Below, one piece after another: positions 28,717 to 37,129 of a DNA stretch of 64,000 bases (within the stretch, counting starts at the first letter, position 1; each line of letters opens with the position of its first letter). The notes under the pieces are model-generated. The model made no database searches and was not told the DNA's origin. It saw only the letters and a program-made list of their open reading frames with translations. Location of the stretch: contig JAFTDT010000111.1 in NCBI GenBank assembly GCA_017453985.1, positions 7,679 through 71,678 of the forward strand. Reading direction: 5' to 3'. Both the position numbers and the translations under genes were made by a program. Origin of the DNA: Clostridia bacterium. Its GTDB lineage: Bacteria > Bacillota > Clostridia > Oscillospirales > Butyricicoccaceae.

Positions 28717-29085
28717 CTACCTTGTCGGAATTATTTCCAGCCAGTAGCCGTCGGGGTCCTGAATGAAATAGATGCCCATGGCAGGGTTTTCAAAGCAGAT
28801 GCAGCCCATCTGCTCGTGCTTTTTATGCGCCGCCTCAAAGTCATCCGTGCGAAAAGCCAGATGGAATTCCTCCTCGCCGATATCGTACTTCTGCGGGTGG
28901 TCGCGGAGCCAGGTCAGCTCCAGCTCAAACTCGCTGCTTTCGTTGCCGAGATAGACGATGATGAAGGAGCCGTCGGCGGCGGCGCTGCGGCGCTTTTCCT
29001 TCAGTCCCAGCGCCTCGGCGTAAAATGCCAGCGATTTTTCCAAATCGGTGACGTTGTAGTTTTCGTGTATCATTTTAAAAGTCAT
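28717..29085 (-). CDS. VOC-family protein, lactoylglutathione lyase (glyoxalase I) type
   Basis: 122 aa. HENYNVTDLEKSLAFY...ELELTW...HLAF...DPDGYWLEII is typical of small glyoxalase I proteins. Confidence 0.8.
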   Translation of the reverse strand: MTFKMIHENYNVTDLEKSLAFYAEALGLKEKRRSAAADGSFIIVYLGNESSEFELELTWLRDHPQKYDIGEEEFHLAFRTDDFEAAHKKHEQMGCICFENPAMGIYFIQDPDGYWLEIIPTR

Positions 29086-29103
29086 GGCAATACCTCCCGT
29101 TTG

Positions 29104-29805
29104 TCAGATTTCCCAATGAGTCTCGTTGGCGGTGTCCAATATCCGCACGACGTCCGCGCGCGCCTCCGGCAGCGCCTTGAACCGCTCTATGACGCTGCGA
29201 TCCTTCCAGAAATGCATCGGGAATACGTGCGCCGGCCGGCACACCGTCAAAAACCACGCCGCTCCCTTGGCAAAGCTGCCTTCCAGCCTGTCGTCAAGGA
29301 CGACGAAGGCGGCGTCGAGACGCAGCCCTGCGAGCTTGCCGATCTCCCGCTTGAAAACCCGCTCCTGCTCAGCGAGCCACAGAGAGTCCTCGCCCTCCCA
29401 GTCCCACCAGTGCAGGTCGCCCGCGTGAAAAAGCGTTTCCCTGCCGGTGTCGATAAGAAAAGCCACGCCCTCGTCGGTGGAGAGGAGCGTCCTCACCGTG
29501 CCGAGACCGGGAAGCTCGCGGCTTTCGTCCGCGTCGAGATACACGGCGTCCGCATCCGCCGGCGCCGAGGGATTGCCCTTTATATCAAATGAAAGGACAT
29601 ATTTGACGCTCCGTCTGCGTCCGGCAAGCGAGAATATCTGCGGATTGAAGTGGTCGGAGTGGGCGTGGCTGGCAAATACGAACAGCGGCTTGTCCGTCGG
29701 CTTTTGCTCCAACAGAGACAGGTCGCCGCGAAAATAGTCAAAGAGCAAAAGCTGCTCCGCCGTCTCAACCAAAAATCCGCTGTGCCCCAAATAGTCTATA
29801 GTCAT
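29104..29805 (-). CDS. MBL-fold metallo-hydrolase
   Basis: ASHAHSDHF (HxHxDH) motif. 18 nt upstream of the VOC gene, same strand. Confidence 0.8.
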   Translation of the reverse strand: MTIDYLGHSGFLVETAEQLLLFDYFRGDLSLLEQKPTDKPLFVFASHAHSDHFNPQIFSLAGRRRSVKYVLSFDIKGNPSAPADADAVYLDADESRELPGLGTVRTLLSTDEGVAFLIDTGRETLFHAGDLHWWDWEGEDSLWLAEQERVFKREIGKLAGLRLDAAFVVLDDRLEGSFAKGAAWFLTVCRPAHVFPMHFWKDRSVIERFKALPEARADVVRILDTANETHWEI

Positions 29806-29914
29806 CGCCGCACCCCCGTTTCATTTTGAGGCTATTATACCACTTATCACCGCATACGGCAATTCTTTTAGCACAAATATCCTTTTTGCATCAAATCTGC
29901 CTCAGTAAGCCGGA

Positions 29915-29943
29915 TTGACAACCCTATTTTCTGACGTTAAAAT
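29915..29943 (+). promoter_or_regulatory. Promoter of the histidine kinase / response regulator operon
   Basis: TTGACA, 17 nt, TAAAAT. Confidence 0.55.
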
Positions 29944-29993
29944 AATAGTGGGATATATAAAAAATGGGGGCTGAAGAGGGGGAATGACGACGT

Positions 29994-31265
29994 ATGACGT
30001 GGAACCTCAACACGGCAGCATTATTGATACCGCTGCTGTTTTTGCTGCTCGGTTTGGCTGTAACCGTAGCCATCGACCCCTACATCAGCCGGAAACACCG
30101 GTTCGTCATGGGACTCATCATTGCGCTCAGCATCGTGCTGATAGCTCAGAATTTGCTGGAGGATTGGCTGGCGGCAGGCTCGCCCAGACCGCTTCTGCGC
30201 ACGGCGGTTTCAGTTTTGGGCTATACTCTGCGTCCGGTGTTTTTGATTTTGTTTCTCTATATAATCCAGCCGGGGAAAAAGCACATGGTCTGCTGGGGGC
30301 TGGCGATTTTGAACTGGGGCGTGCACATGACCGCCTTCTTTTCCCGCCTGTGCTTCTGGATCGACGAGCATAACCATTATCACGGCGGACCGCTCCACAG
30401 CACCTGCCTGATCGTCAGTCTGCTCCTGCTTGCCTATGGGCTGTTTCAAAGCGCGCGAAGCTATCGAACACCTCGCAAGCATGATACCATAATTCCGGTG
30501 CTGGTGGTGCTTATCACGCTCGGCTCCGTTTTTCTGGACAGCCGGGCAGGTTCGCTGGAGCAGCCGGTCACCTTCCTGACCTTTGGCGTGGTAATCAGCA
30601 GTGTGTTTTACTACATCTGGCTGCATCTGCGCTTTGTGCGGAATTACGAGGACGGGCTGAGGGCGCAGCAGCGGATGCAGATAATGCTCAGTCAGATCCA
30701 GCCGCACTTTCTCTATAACACGCTGTCCGCGATCCAGTATCTTTGCGAGCACGATCCCAAGGCGGCTGGAGTCATGACTGAACGCTTTTCCCGCTATCTC
30801 CAGGGCAACATGAGCGCCCTCAAGGATGATGGGGAGATACCGTTTACCCAAGAGCTGGAGCATACTCGGATATATCTTGAAATTGAGAAGGTACGCTATG
30901 AGGATGCGCTGCAAATTGAATATGATATCACCGTCACGGATTTCAGGCTCCCGACGCTGACTCTGCAGCCCATTGTGGAAAACGCGGTGCGTCACGGCGC
31001 GAGAGGCAAAAGAGGCACGGGGACCGTGAATATCGCCACGCGGGAATATCCCGACCGCTATGAAATCACCGTTGCGGACGACGGCCCCGGCTTTGACCCG
31101 GAAGCGCCGGTGCTCGCTGTTGACGGGAGGGAGCATATCGGCATATCCAATGTCAGAAGCCGTCTGGAGCAGATGAGCGGGGGAACCCTCCGCATCTGGT
31201 CTGAGAAGGGGAAAGGCGCCGTGGTAACCATCGAAATTCCAAAGAAGCAGGTGGATAAAGCATGA
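29994..31265 (+). CDS. Sensor histidine kinase, LytS/YehU-type (His_kinase + HATPase_c) with a six-TM sensor region
   Basis: QIQPHFLYNTLSAIQYL phospho-acceptor box. LQPIVENAVRHG N-box, DDGPGF, GIGISNVRSRL. Confidence 0.88.
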   Translation: MTWNLNTAALLIPLLFLLLGLAVTVAIDPYISRKHRFVMGLIIALSIVLIAQNLLEDWLAAGSPRPLLRTAVSVLGYTLRPVFLILFLYIIQPGKKHMVCWGLAILNWGVHMTAFFSRLCFWIDEHNHYHGGPLHSTCLIVSLLLLAYGLFQSARSYRTPRKHDTIIPVLVVLITLGSVFLDSRAGSLEQPVTFLTFGVVISSVFYYIWLHLRFVRNYEDGLRAQQRMQIMLSQIQPHFLYNTLSAIQYLCEHDPKAAGVMTERFSRYLQGNMSALKDDGEIPFTQELEHTRIYLEIEKVRYEDALQIEYDITVTDFRLPTLTLQPIVENAVRHGARGKRGTGTVNIATREYPDRYEITVADDGPGFDPEAPVLAVDGREHIGISNVRSRLEQMSGGTLRIWSEKGKGAVVTIEIPKKQVDKA

Positions 31266-32059
31266 AGATTATTGCCATAGATGACGAGCCGAAGGCGCTG
31301 CGTCTTCTGCACAACGCCATAGCTGCGGCGGAGCCGGATGCCGAGATTACGGATTTTTCCGACAGCGAGGAGGCATTGCGGGCGATGCGGGAGCAGGGTC
31401 TCCGGGCGGACGTGGTTTTTTCCGATATTGAGCTGCCGGGCATGACCGGACTCGCCTTTGCCTTCGAGCTCAAGAAAATCGCGCCGGAGACGAAAATCAT
31501 CTTCGTCACCGGCTTTCCCAAATATGCCGCAGACGCCTTTATGCTCCATGTGAGCGGCTATATCGTCAAGCCGGTATATGCCGACCGCGTGCGGGAGGAG
31601 CTGGATAATCTGAGGCTCTCGCCCGCCGTGCCGCAGCCGGACAAGCTGAAGGTGCATTGCTTCGGACATTTTGAAGTATTCTGGCGCGGGGAGCCGGTCA
31701 TATTCCAGCGCAGACAGAGCAAGGAGCTGCTCGCCTTTCTGATCGACCGCGAAGGGCGTGCCTGCACCGCGGAGGAGATTGCCGCCGCCCTGTGGGAGGA
31801 TGATGACGATATGAAGGCGGCGCACGTCCGCATTCGCCGTATCCTCAGCGACCTAAAGGCTACGCTGCGGGAAATAGGCATGGACGATTTGCTGATACGT
31901 GAGCGCAGACAGCTTGCCGTTCGGCGGGACATGGTGGATTGCGACTATTACCGGATGCTGGAAGGGGATATGGAAGCGGTCAACTCCTTCAGCGGGGCAT
32001 ACATGGAGGAATACAGCTGGGCGGAGCTGACTGCGGGGCGGCTGCAGTTTCGGACATAA
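31262..32059 (+). CDS. Response regulator: receiver + SARP/OmpR-like winged-helix DNA-binding domain
   Basis: REC (IAIDDEP...VVFSDIELPGMTG...IIFVTG...IVKP), then HCFGHFEVFWRGEPVIF...SKELLAFLI...EEIAAALWEDD...RRILSDLKATL. ATGA overlap with the kinase gene. Confidence 0.85.
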   Translation: MKIIAIDDEPKALRLLHNAIAAAEPDAEITDFSDSEEALRAMREQGLRADVVFSDIELPGMTGLAFAFELKKIAPETKIIFVTGFPKYAADAFMLHVSGYIVKPVYADRVREELDNLRLSPAVPQPDKLKVHCFGHFEVFWRGEPVIFQRRQSKELLAFLIDREGRACTAEEIAAALWEDDDDMKAAHVRIRRILSDLKATLREIGMDDLLIRERRQLAVRRDMVDCDYYRMLEGDMEAVNSFSGAYMEEYSWAELTAGRLQFRT

Positions 32060-32081
32060 CAGGGCATTATTTTGCGTGCAA

Positions 32082-32116
32082 GTCGGGGCATTTTTTGCGC
32101 CCCGACAATTTTTTTT
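32082..32116 (+). terminator. Terminator after the two-component operon
   Basis: gtcggggc...gccccgac followed by aatttttttt. Confidence 0.8.
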
Positions 32117-32170
32117 AAAGTTTTTTCTAAAACAGGCGAATTTTGTCACGCTTGTGGACGCTTGCTATTG

Positions 32171-32176
32171 TATAAT
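32171..32176 (+). promoter_or_regulatory. -10 element (TATAAT) ahead of the orphan receiver gene; no clear -35
   Basis: Consensus hexamer about 40 nt upstream of the GGGAGG RBS, just after a terminator. Confidence 0.35.
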
Positions 32177-32213
32177 GAATATAGACACATAACCCTGCGG
32201 GAGGTTGAAGCCA

Positions 32214-32588
32214 ATGAAAATATTTTGCGTGGACAGAAGTCCGCTGGAGCTCATGGATTTGAAGCGCAAAGTCAAGGCGGTAAAGCCGGATGCCGAGATA
32301 CACGCCTGCCGTGACCCGGAGACGGCGCTTTCTCTGGCAAGAGCGGACGGCTGCGACGTGCTGCTGACGGAAATCGACATGGGCGGCTCCAAGCGGGAGG
32401 GGCTGGATTTCGCCATGCGGATGCAGAAGATCAATCCCGAGGTCAACATCATTTTTGTCACCGCCTTTTCAGAGTGGGAGTTTGCCCGCGACGTGATACA
32501 GATGCGCATCAGCGGTTTTGTAAGGAAGCCTTATAAAAAGCAGCAGCTGGAGGCGGAGTTTTCTCATCTGCGATATGCAGCGATGTGA
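32214..32588 (+). CDS. Stand-alone receiver-domain protein (CheY-like)
   Basis: DVLLTEIDMGG (acceptor Asp), IIFVTAF, FVRKPY. Only one of the usual N-terminal acidic pair is present (CVDRS). ATG at 32214 follows GGGAGG. Confidence 0.8.
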   Translation: MKIFCVDRSPLELMDLKRKVKAVKPDAEIHACRDPETALSLARADGCDVLLTEIDMGGSKREGLDFAMRMQKINPEVNIIFVTAFSEWEFARDVIQMRISGFVRKPYKKQQLEAEFSHLRYAAM

Positions 32589-32635
32589 GCAAACAAAGGA
32601 CGAAGGATGATTTTTAACAACAAGGAGGGTAAAAC

Positions 32636-33676
32636 ATGATTTCTTTAAGAGGACCGAAGCTGAAAATCATTGCCGGGCTGATAGCGCTGGTTTGCCTTAT
32701 CGTCGGCGTGTATCTCACCTTTTTCCATTCCCGCGGATTTGTAAAGACCACCGCCACCATCGTGGACGTGGAAATCGACTTCAGCAGCGACGAAAGCAGC
32801 AGCTACACCGCTACGGTAGAGTACATCGTAGACGGCAGCACATATACCGGTGTGCTGGACCAGTCCAGCTCATCTTACGCGGTGGGCAAGCGCATTTCCG
32901 TGCTGTATGACCCAAAAAATCCTGCCGTGGTACACAGCGCAGGCGGCTTTGGGATCTATCTGATGATTGCGGGCGCGGCGATCCTGATATTCATCGCCGT
33001 TTCCACCGTCAGGGAGAGGCAAAGCCGGCAGCAGGTGAAGGCGCGGCAGGAGTCTGCGGGGCAGAGCGGATACGCGCCCTCCGTACAGGGCGCGGAGCGC
33101 GAGCTTTACTTCCTTACGGACATGGGCACGCCCACGTACGGACACCGGCTGGAGGACGCAAGCCGCAAGATGCTGTACGAGGCAAAGATGACAAAGTTCA
33201 CATTGACACAGCCCTTTGGCTTTGATTTCATCGACCATGAGCACGGCACTACCGTACCTCATCTGGTAGGACACAGCGAGGAGAGCCGCTGGGACACCTT
33301 TCTCATCGACAATCACTACACCTTCGAGTTGGATGGCGTGGACGTGTGGAAGCATTTGAAGCAGAACGGCGTCTCCGTGGACACCGCCCTTGACAGCGGA
33401 AACGGCAGACTTGTCGGCATGACCTACCGCATCATGCGGGACGGCGTGGAAATCGCCAGAGCCGAGAGCACAAGCCAATATCCGCATGAGGAGGACGCCG
33501 AGCAGCATAAGATAGCCGGAGCCGTTCCGGTGCAGGGCTTCTATCGCGTGTGGACGAGAGAGCAAAATCTGGATCTGGTGTTCATGACCCTGCTCGCCTT
33601 TGCCCGCAGCGGCGCCTCCGACGACAGAGGCGGCAATTACGGGGCTTTGCTCGGTACGCTGAAAAGGGGACAGTAA
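32636..33676 (+). CDS. Membrane protein with N-terminal DUF3592-like domain and an unassigned C-terminal domain
   Basis: TM, then a beta-rich segment (TATVEYIVDGSTYTG...RISVLYDPKNPAVV), then a second TM, as in DUF3592. About 200 further cytoplasmic residues have no motif I recognise. Confidence 0.6.
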   Translation: MISLRGPKLKIIAGLIALVCLIVGVYLTFFHSRGFVKTTATIVDVEIDFSSDESSSYTATVEYIVDGSTYTGVLDQSSSSYAVGKRISVLYDPKNPAVVHSAGGFGIYLMIAGAAILIFIAVSTVRERQSRQQVKARQESAGQSGYAPSVQGAERELYFLTDMGTPTYGHRLEDASRKMLYEAKMTKFTLTQPFGFDFIDHEHGTTVPHLVGHSEESRWDTFLIDNHYTFELDGVDVWKHLKQNGVSVDTALDSGNGRLVGMTYRIMRDGVEIARAESTSQYPHEEDAEQHKIAGAVPVQGFYRVWTREQNLDLVFMTLLAFARSGASDDRGGNYGALLGTLKRGQ

Positions 33677-33695
33677 AAATCAAGGAGGACTATCC

Positions 33696-33995
33696 ATGCT
33701 TAGCATTGAAAAGAAAGTAAATAAAGCCGAGCTGACCGTCACATTAGGCGGGAGGCTGGACACAACTACCTCGCCCGAACTGGAAAAGGTGCTGAAGGAA
33801 TCGCTGGACGGCGTGACAGCTCTTGTCATCGATATGACGGCGCTGGAGTATATCTCATCGGCAGGGCTGCGCGTCCTGCTCTCAGCCCAGAAGCTTATGA
33901 ACAAGCAGGGTGAAATGAAGGTGAGCCACGTAAATGAGACAGTCATGGAAATCTTCGAGGTCACCGGCTTTTCCGACATACTGACTATAGAATGA
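33696..33995 (+). CDS. STAS-domain anti-sigma-factor antagonist (SpoIIAA/RsbV-like)
   Basis: 99 aa. LEYISSAGLRVL carries the phosphorylatable Ser context. Ends with EIFEVTGF. Confidence 0.88.
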   Translation: MLSIEKKVNKAELTVTLGGRLDTTTSPELEKVLKESLDGVTALVIDMTALEYISSAGLRVLLSAQKLMNKQGEMKVSHVNETVMEIFEVTGFSDILTIE

Positions 33996-36166
33996 AGACC
34001 ATACGGGGAATAAAGCTCGGCGGCCTGCAGCAGAAGATATTCAATCTTATGCTGATCTTTATTATTGCCCTCGTGGGTGTGTTTGTCGCCGTGAGCATAT
34101 ATCAGCAGAATAATCTGACCGCCATTGTCGAGGAGGCGGACGCGGAGCAGCAGAAAGCAATCACGGAGGTCTCCGAGGAGACAATGGAGGCGGTGCTGGA
34201 GGCTGCCATGACTCGCTCCACGGCGTTTCAGGCGTATATAGCGGATGACCTTTTCGGTGACGTTCGCTCGGATGTTCTTACGCTGCAGACCTTTGCGGCA
34301 GAGCTTTTTGAACATGCGGACAGCGTTTCACCGCATCCGTTCTATCCGCCGGATAAGGCAAACGACGGCATCCCCTCGGCGCAGGTGCAGCATGAGACGG
34401 GCGTTGACCCGAATCGATCCGAGGCGCTGGCGCTTATCGCCAATATGAGCGAGATCATGGTATCCATGTTCAAAAACTCTGATAAATTAAGCTCCTGCTT
34501 TGTGGCGACGACAGACGGCAATATTCTTTTTGCAGATGACCGCGCAGGCGCATATTTTGATGAAAACGGCGAAGTATATGACTTCAACGTGCGCTCGCGT
34601 CCGTGGTATAAGCAGGCGGTAGAGGCTGGAGAGCTTATTTTCACCGGCGTAGAGCTGGACTCCTTTACGGATATACCGGGACTGGTTTGCGCCGCGCCTG
34701 TTTATCGGGACGGTGAACTGGTCGCTGTGGTCGGCGCGGATATATTTCTCACCTCGATTGACGATTATGTTGCGAGAACCGCAACGGAAGGCGGCTTCAT
34801 CTGCGTCGTCAGTGAAAAGGGGCAGGTGCTGTTCTCGCCAAATGCGGACGGGCTGTTACGCGCAGAACTTTCCGCCGACGCTCCGGACATCCGGCAAAGC
34901 GAAAACGCAGAGCTGGCGAGGTTTGTCAGCGAGGCGCTCCGCGGCAGCACGGGACTTGAAGCCATCGTCGTGGACGGAAAAGAGTATTATCTGACCGGCG
35001 CGCCGCTGGAGACCGTCGGCTGGGCGGTGATCTCCGCCGTGGATAAGGAGACCACTCATAGACCTACCGCTGCGATGCTGGAAAATTATGGCGACATCAA
35101 TGCAGCCTCTGCCCGGAGTTATCAGGAAAGCGCCAAGCATTCAATGCAGACCTTTATTGTCATGACCGTGCTGCTGATTTTGCTTGCCCTGCTTGGGGCG
35201 CTGTTTGTCGCGCAGCGCATCGTAAAGCCCATCGAGCACATGACAAGGCGCATCAACGCCCTCAGCGGCAGCGACAGCGTGTTTGAGATGGAAAAAATCT
35301 ATCGCACGGACGATGAGATCGAGATTTTGGCGGAATCCTTTGCCTCCCTGTCGCAAAAAACGCAGGATTATATAAAAGAAATTACCGAAATTACCGCCGA
35401 AAAGGAGCGTATAGGGACGGAGCTGGCGTTGGCGACGCGCATTCAGGCGGACATGCTGCCGAACATATTTCCCGCCTTTCCGGAGCGTCCGGAGTTTGAT
35501 ATTTACGCAAGCATGGACCCGGCAAAGGAGGTCGGCGGAGATTTCTATGACTTCTTTCTGATTGACGAGACGCATCTCGGCATTGTGATTGCCGACGTTT
35601 CCGGCAAAGGAATACCGGCGGCGCTGTTTATGATGATTTCCAAAATTCTCGTGCAGAACTACGCTATGACGGGTCGCAGCCCTGCCGAAGTGCTTCGAGC
35701 CGTCAACAATCAGATTTGCTCGAACAACCGGGAGGAAATGTTCGTTACGGTTTGGCTCGGCATTCTGGACACCGTTACGGGAAAAATCACAGCGGCAAAC
35801 GCCGGGCATGAATATCCGGCGGTCATGCAGCATGGAGGGCAGTTCGAGCTTGTAAAGGACAAGCACGGACTTGTCATCGGCGGCATGGAGGGCATGAGCT
35901 ACAAGGAATATGAATTGACGCTGACGCCCGGTTCAAAGCTGTTTATCTATACTGACGGCGTACCCGAGGCGGTCAATGCCGCAAACGAGATGTTCGGCAA
36001 GGAACGAATGCTTGCGGCGCTGAATAGCGAGCCGCAAGCCGCACCGGAAGAGGTGCTGCGCCGTGTGCGCGAAGCGGTGGACGCCTTTGTCAGGGACGCG
36101 GAGCAGTTTGACGACCTGACCATGCTCTGTCTGGAGTTCAAAGGAGGCGACGCAGGTGAGAAATAG
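33992..36166 (+). CDS. Membrane-bound Cache-HAMP-PP2C (SpoIIE/RsbU-type) protein phosphatase
   Basis: N-terminal TM, extracytoplasmic Cache-like region, second TM + HAMP (RIVKPIEHMTRRINAL), then the PP2C core (ATRIQADMLP...EVGGDFYDFF...IADVSGKGIPAALFM...YTDGVPEA...DDLTML). ATGA overlap with the STAS gene. Confidence 0.88.
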   Translation: MKTIRGIKLGGLQQKIFNLMLIFIIALVGVFVAVSIYQQNNLTAIVEEADAEQQKAITEVSEETMEAVLEAAMTRSTAFQAYIADDLFGDVRSDVLTLQTFAAELFEHADSVSPHPFYPPDKANDGIPSAQVQHETGVDPNRSEALALIANMSEIMVSMFKNSDKLSSCFVATTDGNILFADDRAGAYFDENGEVYDFNVRSRPWYKQAVEAGELIFTGVELDSFTDIPGLVCAAPVYRDGELVAVVGADIFLTSIDDYVARTATEGGFICVVSEKGQVLFSPNADGLLRAELSADAPDIRQSENAELARFVSEALRGSTGLEAIVVDGKEYYLTGAPLETVGWAVISAVDKETTHRPTAAMLENYGDINAASARSYQESAKHSMQTFIVMTVLLILLALLGALFVAQRIVKPIEHMTRRINALSGSDSVFEMEKIYRTDDEIEILAESFASLSQKTQDYIKEITEITAEKERIGTELALATRIQADMLPNIFPAFPERPEFDIYASMDPAKEVGGDFYDFFLIDETHLGIVIADVSGKGIPAALFMMISKILVQNYAMTGRSPAEVLRAVNNQICSNNREEMFVTVWLGILDTVTGKITAANAGHEYPAVMQHGGQFELVKDKHGLVIGGMEGMSYKEYELTLTPGSKLFIYTDGVPEAVNAANEMFGKERMLAALNSEPQAAPEEVLRRVREAVDAFVRDAEQFDDLTMLCLEFKGGDAGEK

Positions 36167-36590
36167 GAAATACGAGCTGGAGCTTTCGGCGGAGACGGAC
36201 AAGCTTTCCGAGATGCGCGCCTTTCTTGAAAAGCATCTGGAAGAAGCGGGCTGCGCGATGAAAGCGCAGATGCAGATTGTCTTGGCGGCAGAGGAGATTT
36301 TTGTAAACATCGCTAACTACGCCTACGCTCCGGGAAAAGGCAGCGCCACGGTGTGCCTGGAGCTTTCGGAGGAGCCGCCTGCCGTGACCGTAACCTTTAT
36401 CGACAGCGGCATACCATTCGACCCGCTGGCAAAGCCGGAGCCGGACGTGACGCTGCCCGCGGAAAGCCGCGAGGTGGGGGGGCTGGGCATCTTTATGGCC
36501 AAAAAAGCCATGGACGATGTGAAGTACGAATATCGGGACGGCCAGAACGTGTTGAAGCTGGAAAAGAAATTGCAGCTGAACGCTGTATAA
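36156..36590 (+). CDS. Anti-sigma-factor-type serine kinase (RsbW/SpoIIAB-like HATPase)
   Basis: 144 aa. EEIFVNIANYAY N-box-like, DSGIPFDP, GGLGIFMAKKAMDDV. Overlaps the phosphatase gene by 11 nt. Confidence 0.85.
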   Translation: MRNRKYELELSAETDKLSEMRAFLEKHLEEAGCAMKAQMQIVLAAEEIFVNIANYAYAPGKGSATVCLELSEEPPAVTVTFIDSGIPFDPLAKPEPDVTLPAESREVGGLGIFMAKKAMDDVKYEYRDGQNVLKLEKKLQLNAV

Positions 36591-36704
36591 GGAGCGTGCA
36601 GTATGTGCATATAGAGCAGTCGGGGTATTGCCGGGGACGCCGAAAGGTTTGCGGACGGGACAATAAAGAGACTGCGGATACGAAAAGATCGAGAGGGGAA
36701 AACA

Positions 36705-37121
36705 ATGGAACAGCCGTTATTCAGAAAAGAAAGTATGGAGCGTGTTTCCTCGCCGGAAAGACTCCGCGACTATCTGCATGTCACCTCGCCCGCGATTTGG
36801 ATAGTTCTTGCGGCGGTGATGCTCCTGTTGGCAAGTCTGTTTATTTGGAGCGGCGTGACGGCGGTGGAGAGCTATGCGGCAGGCATGGCGGAGGTGCGCG
36901 GAGGAGTGCTGACGCTTCGCTTCGACGAGGCGGAAAAAGCTTCTCGCGTGGAGGTGGGGATGAATGTAAAGGTGGGAGATCTGGTTGCGCCCGTACTCTC
37001 TGTCGGCAGCGATGAGGAGGGAAATCCCATTGCCATCGCCGATGTCAATTTGCCCGACGGCAGCTATGAGGCGAAGGTGGGCTATAAGAGCACACAGATC
37101 ATAGATATGCTGTTTAACTGA
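36705..37121 (+). CDS. Truncated HlyD-like / NHLP-bacteriocin-system secretion adaptor (138 aa)
   Basis: N-terminus LFRKESMERVSSPERLRDYLHVTSPAIWIVL plus a TM helix is the signature start of bacteriocin HlyD-type adaptors. Only a short beta-rich domain follows. Confidence 0.65.
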   Translation: MEQPLFRKESMERVSSPERLRDYLHVTSPAIWIVLAAVMLLLASLFIWSGVTAVESYAAGMAEVRGGVLTLRFDEAEKASRVEVGMNVKVGDLVAPVLSVGSDEEGNPIAIADVNLPDGSYEAKVGYKSTQIIDMLFN

Positions 37122-37129
37122 GGCGGGCG

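Noticed and set aside
29984-30373. 129-aa ORF overlapping the histidine kinase start in another frame
   Set aside because: The kinase frame gives a coherent six-TM protein continuing into conserved kinase motifs. The alternative frame is low-complexity.
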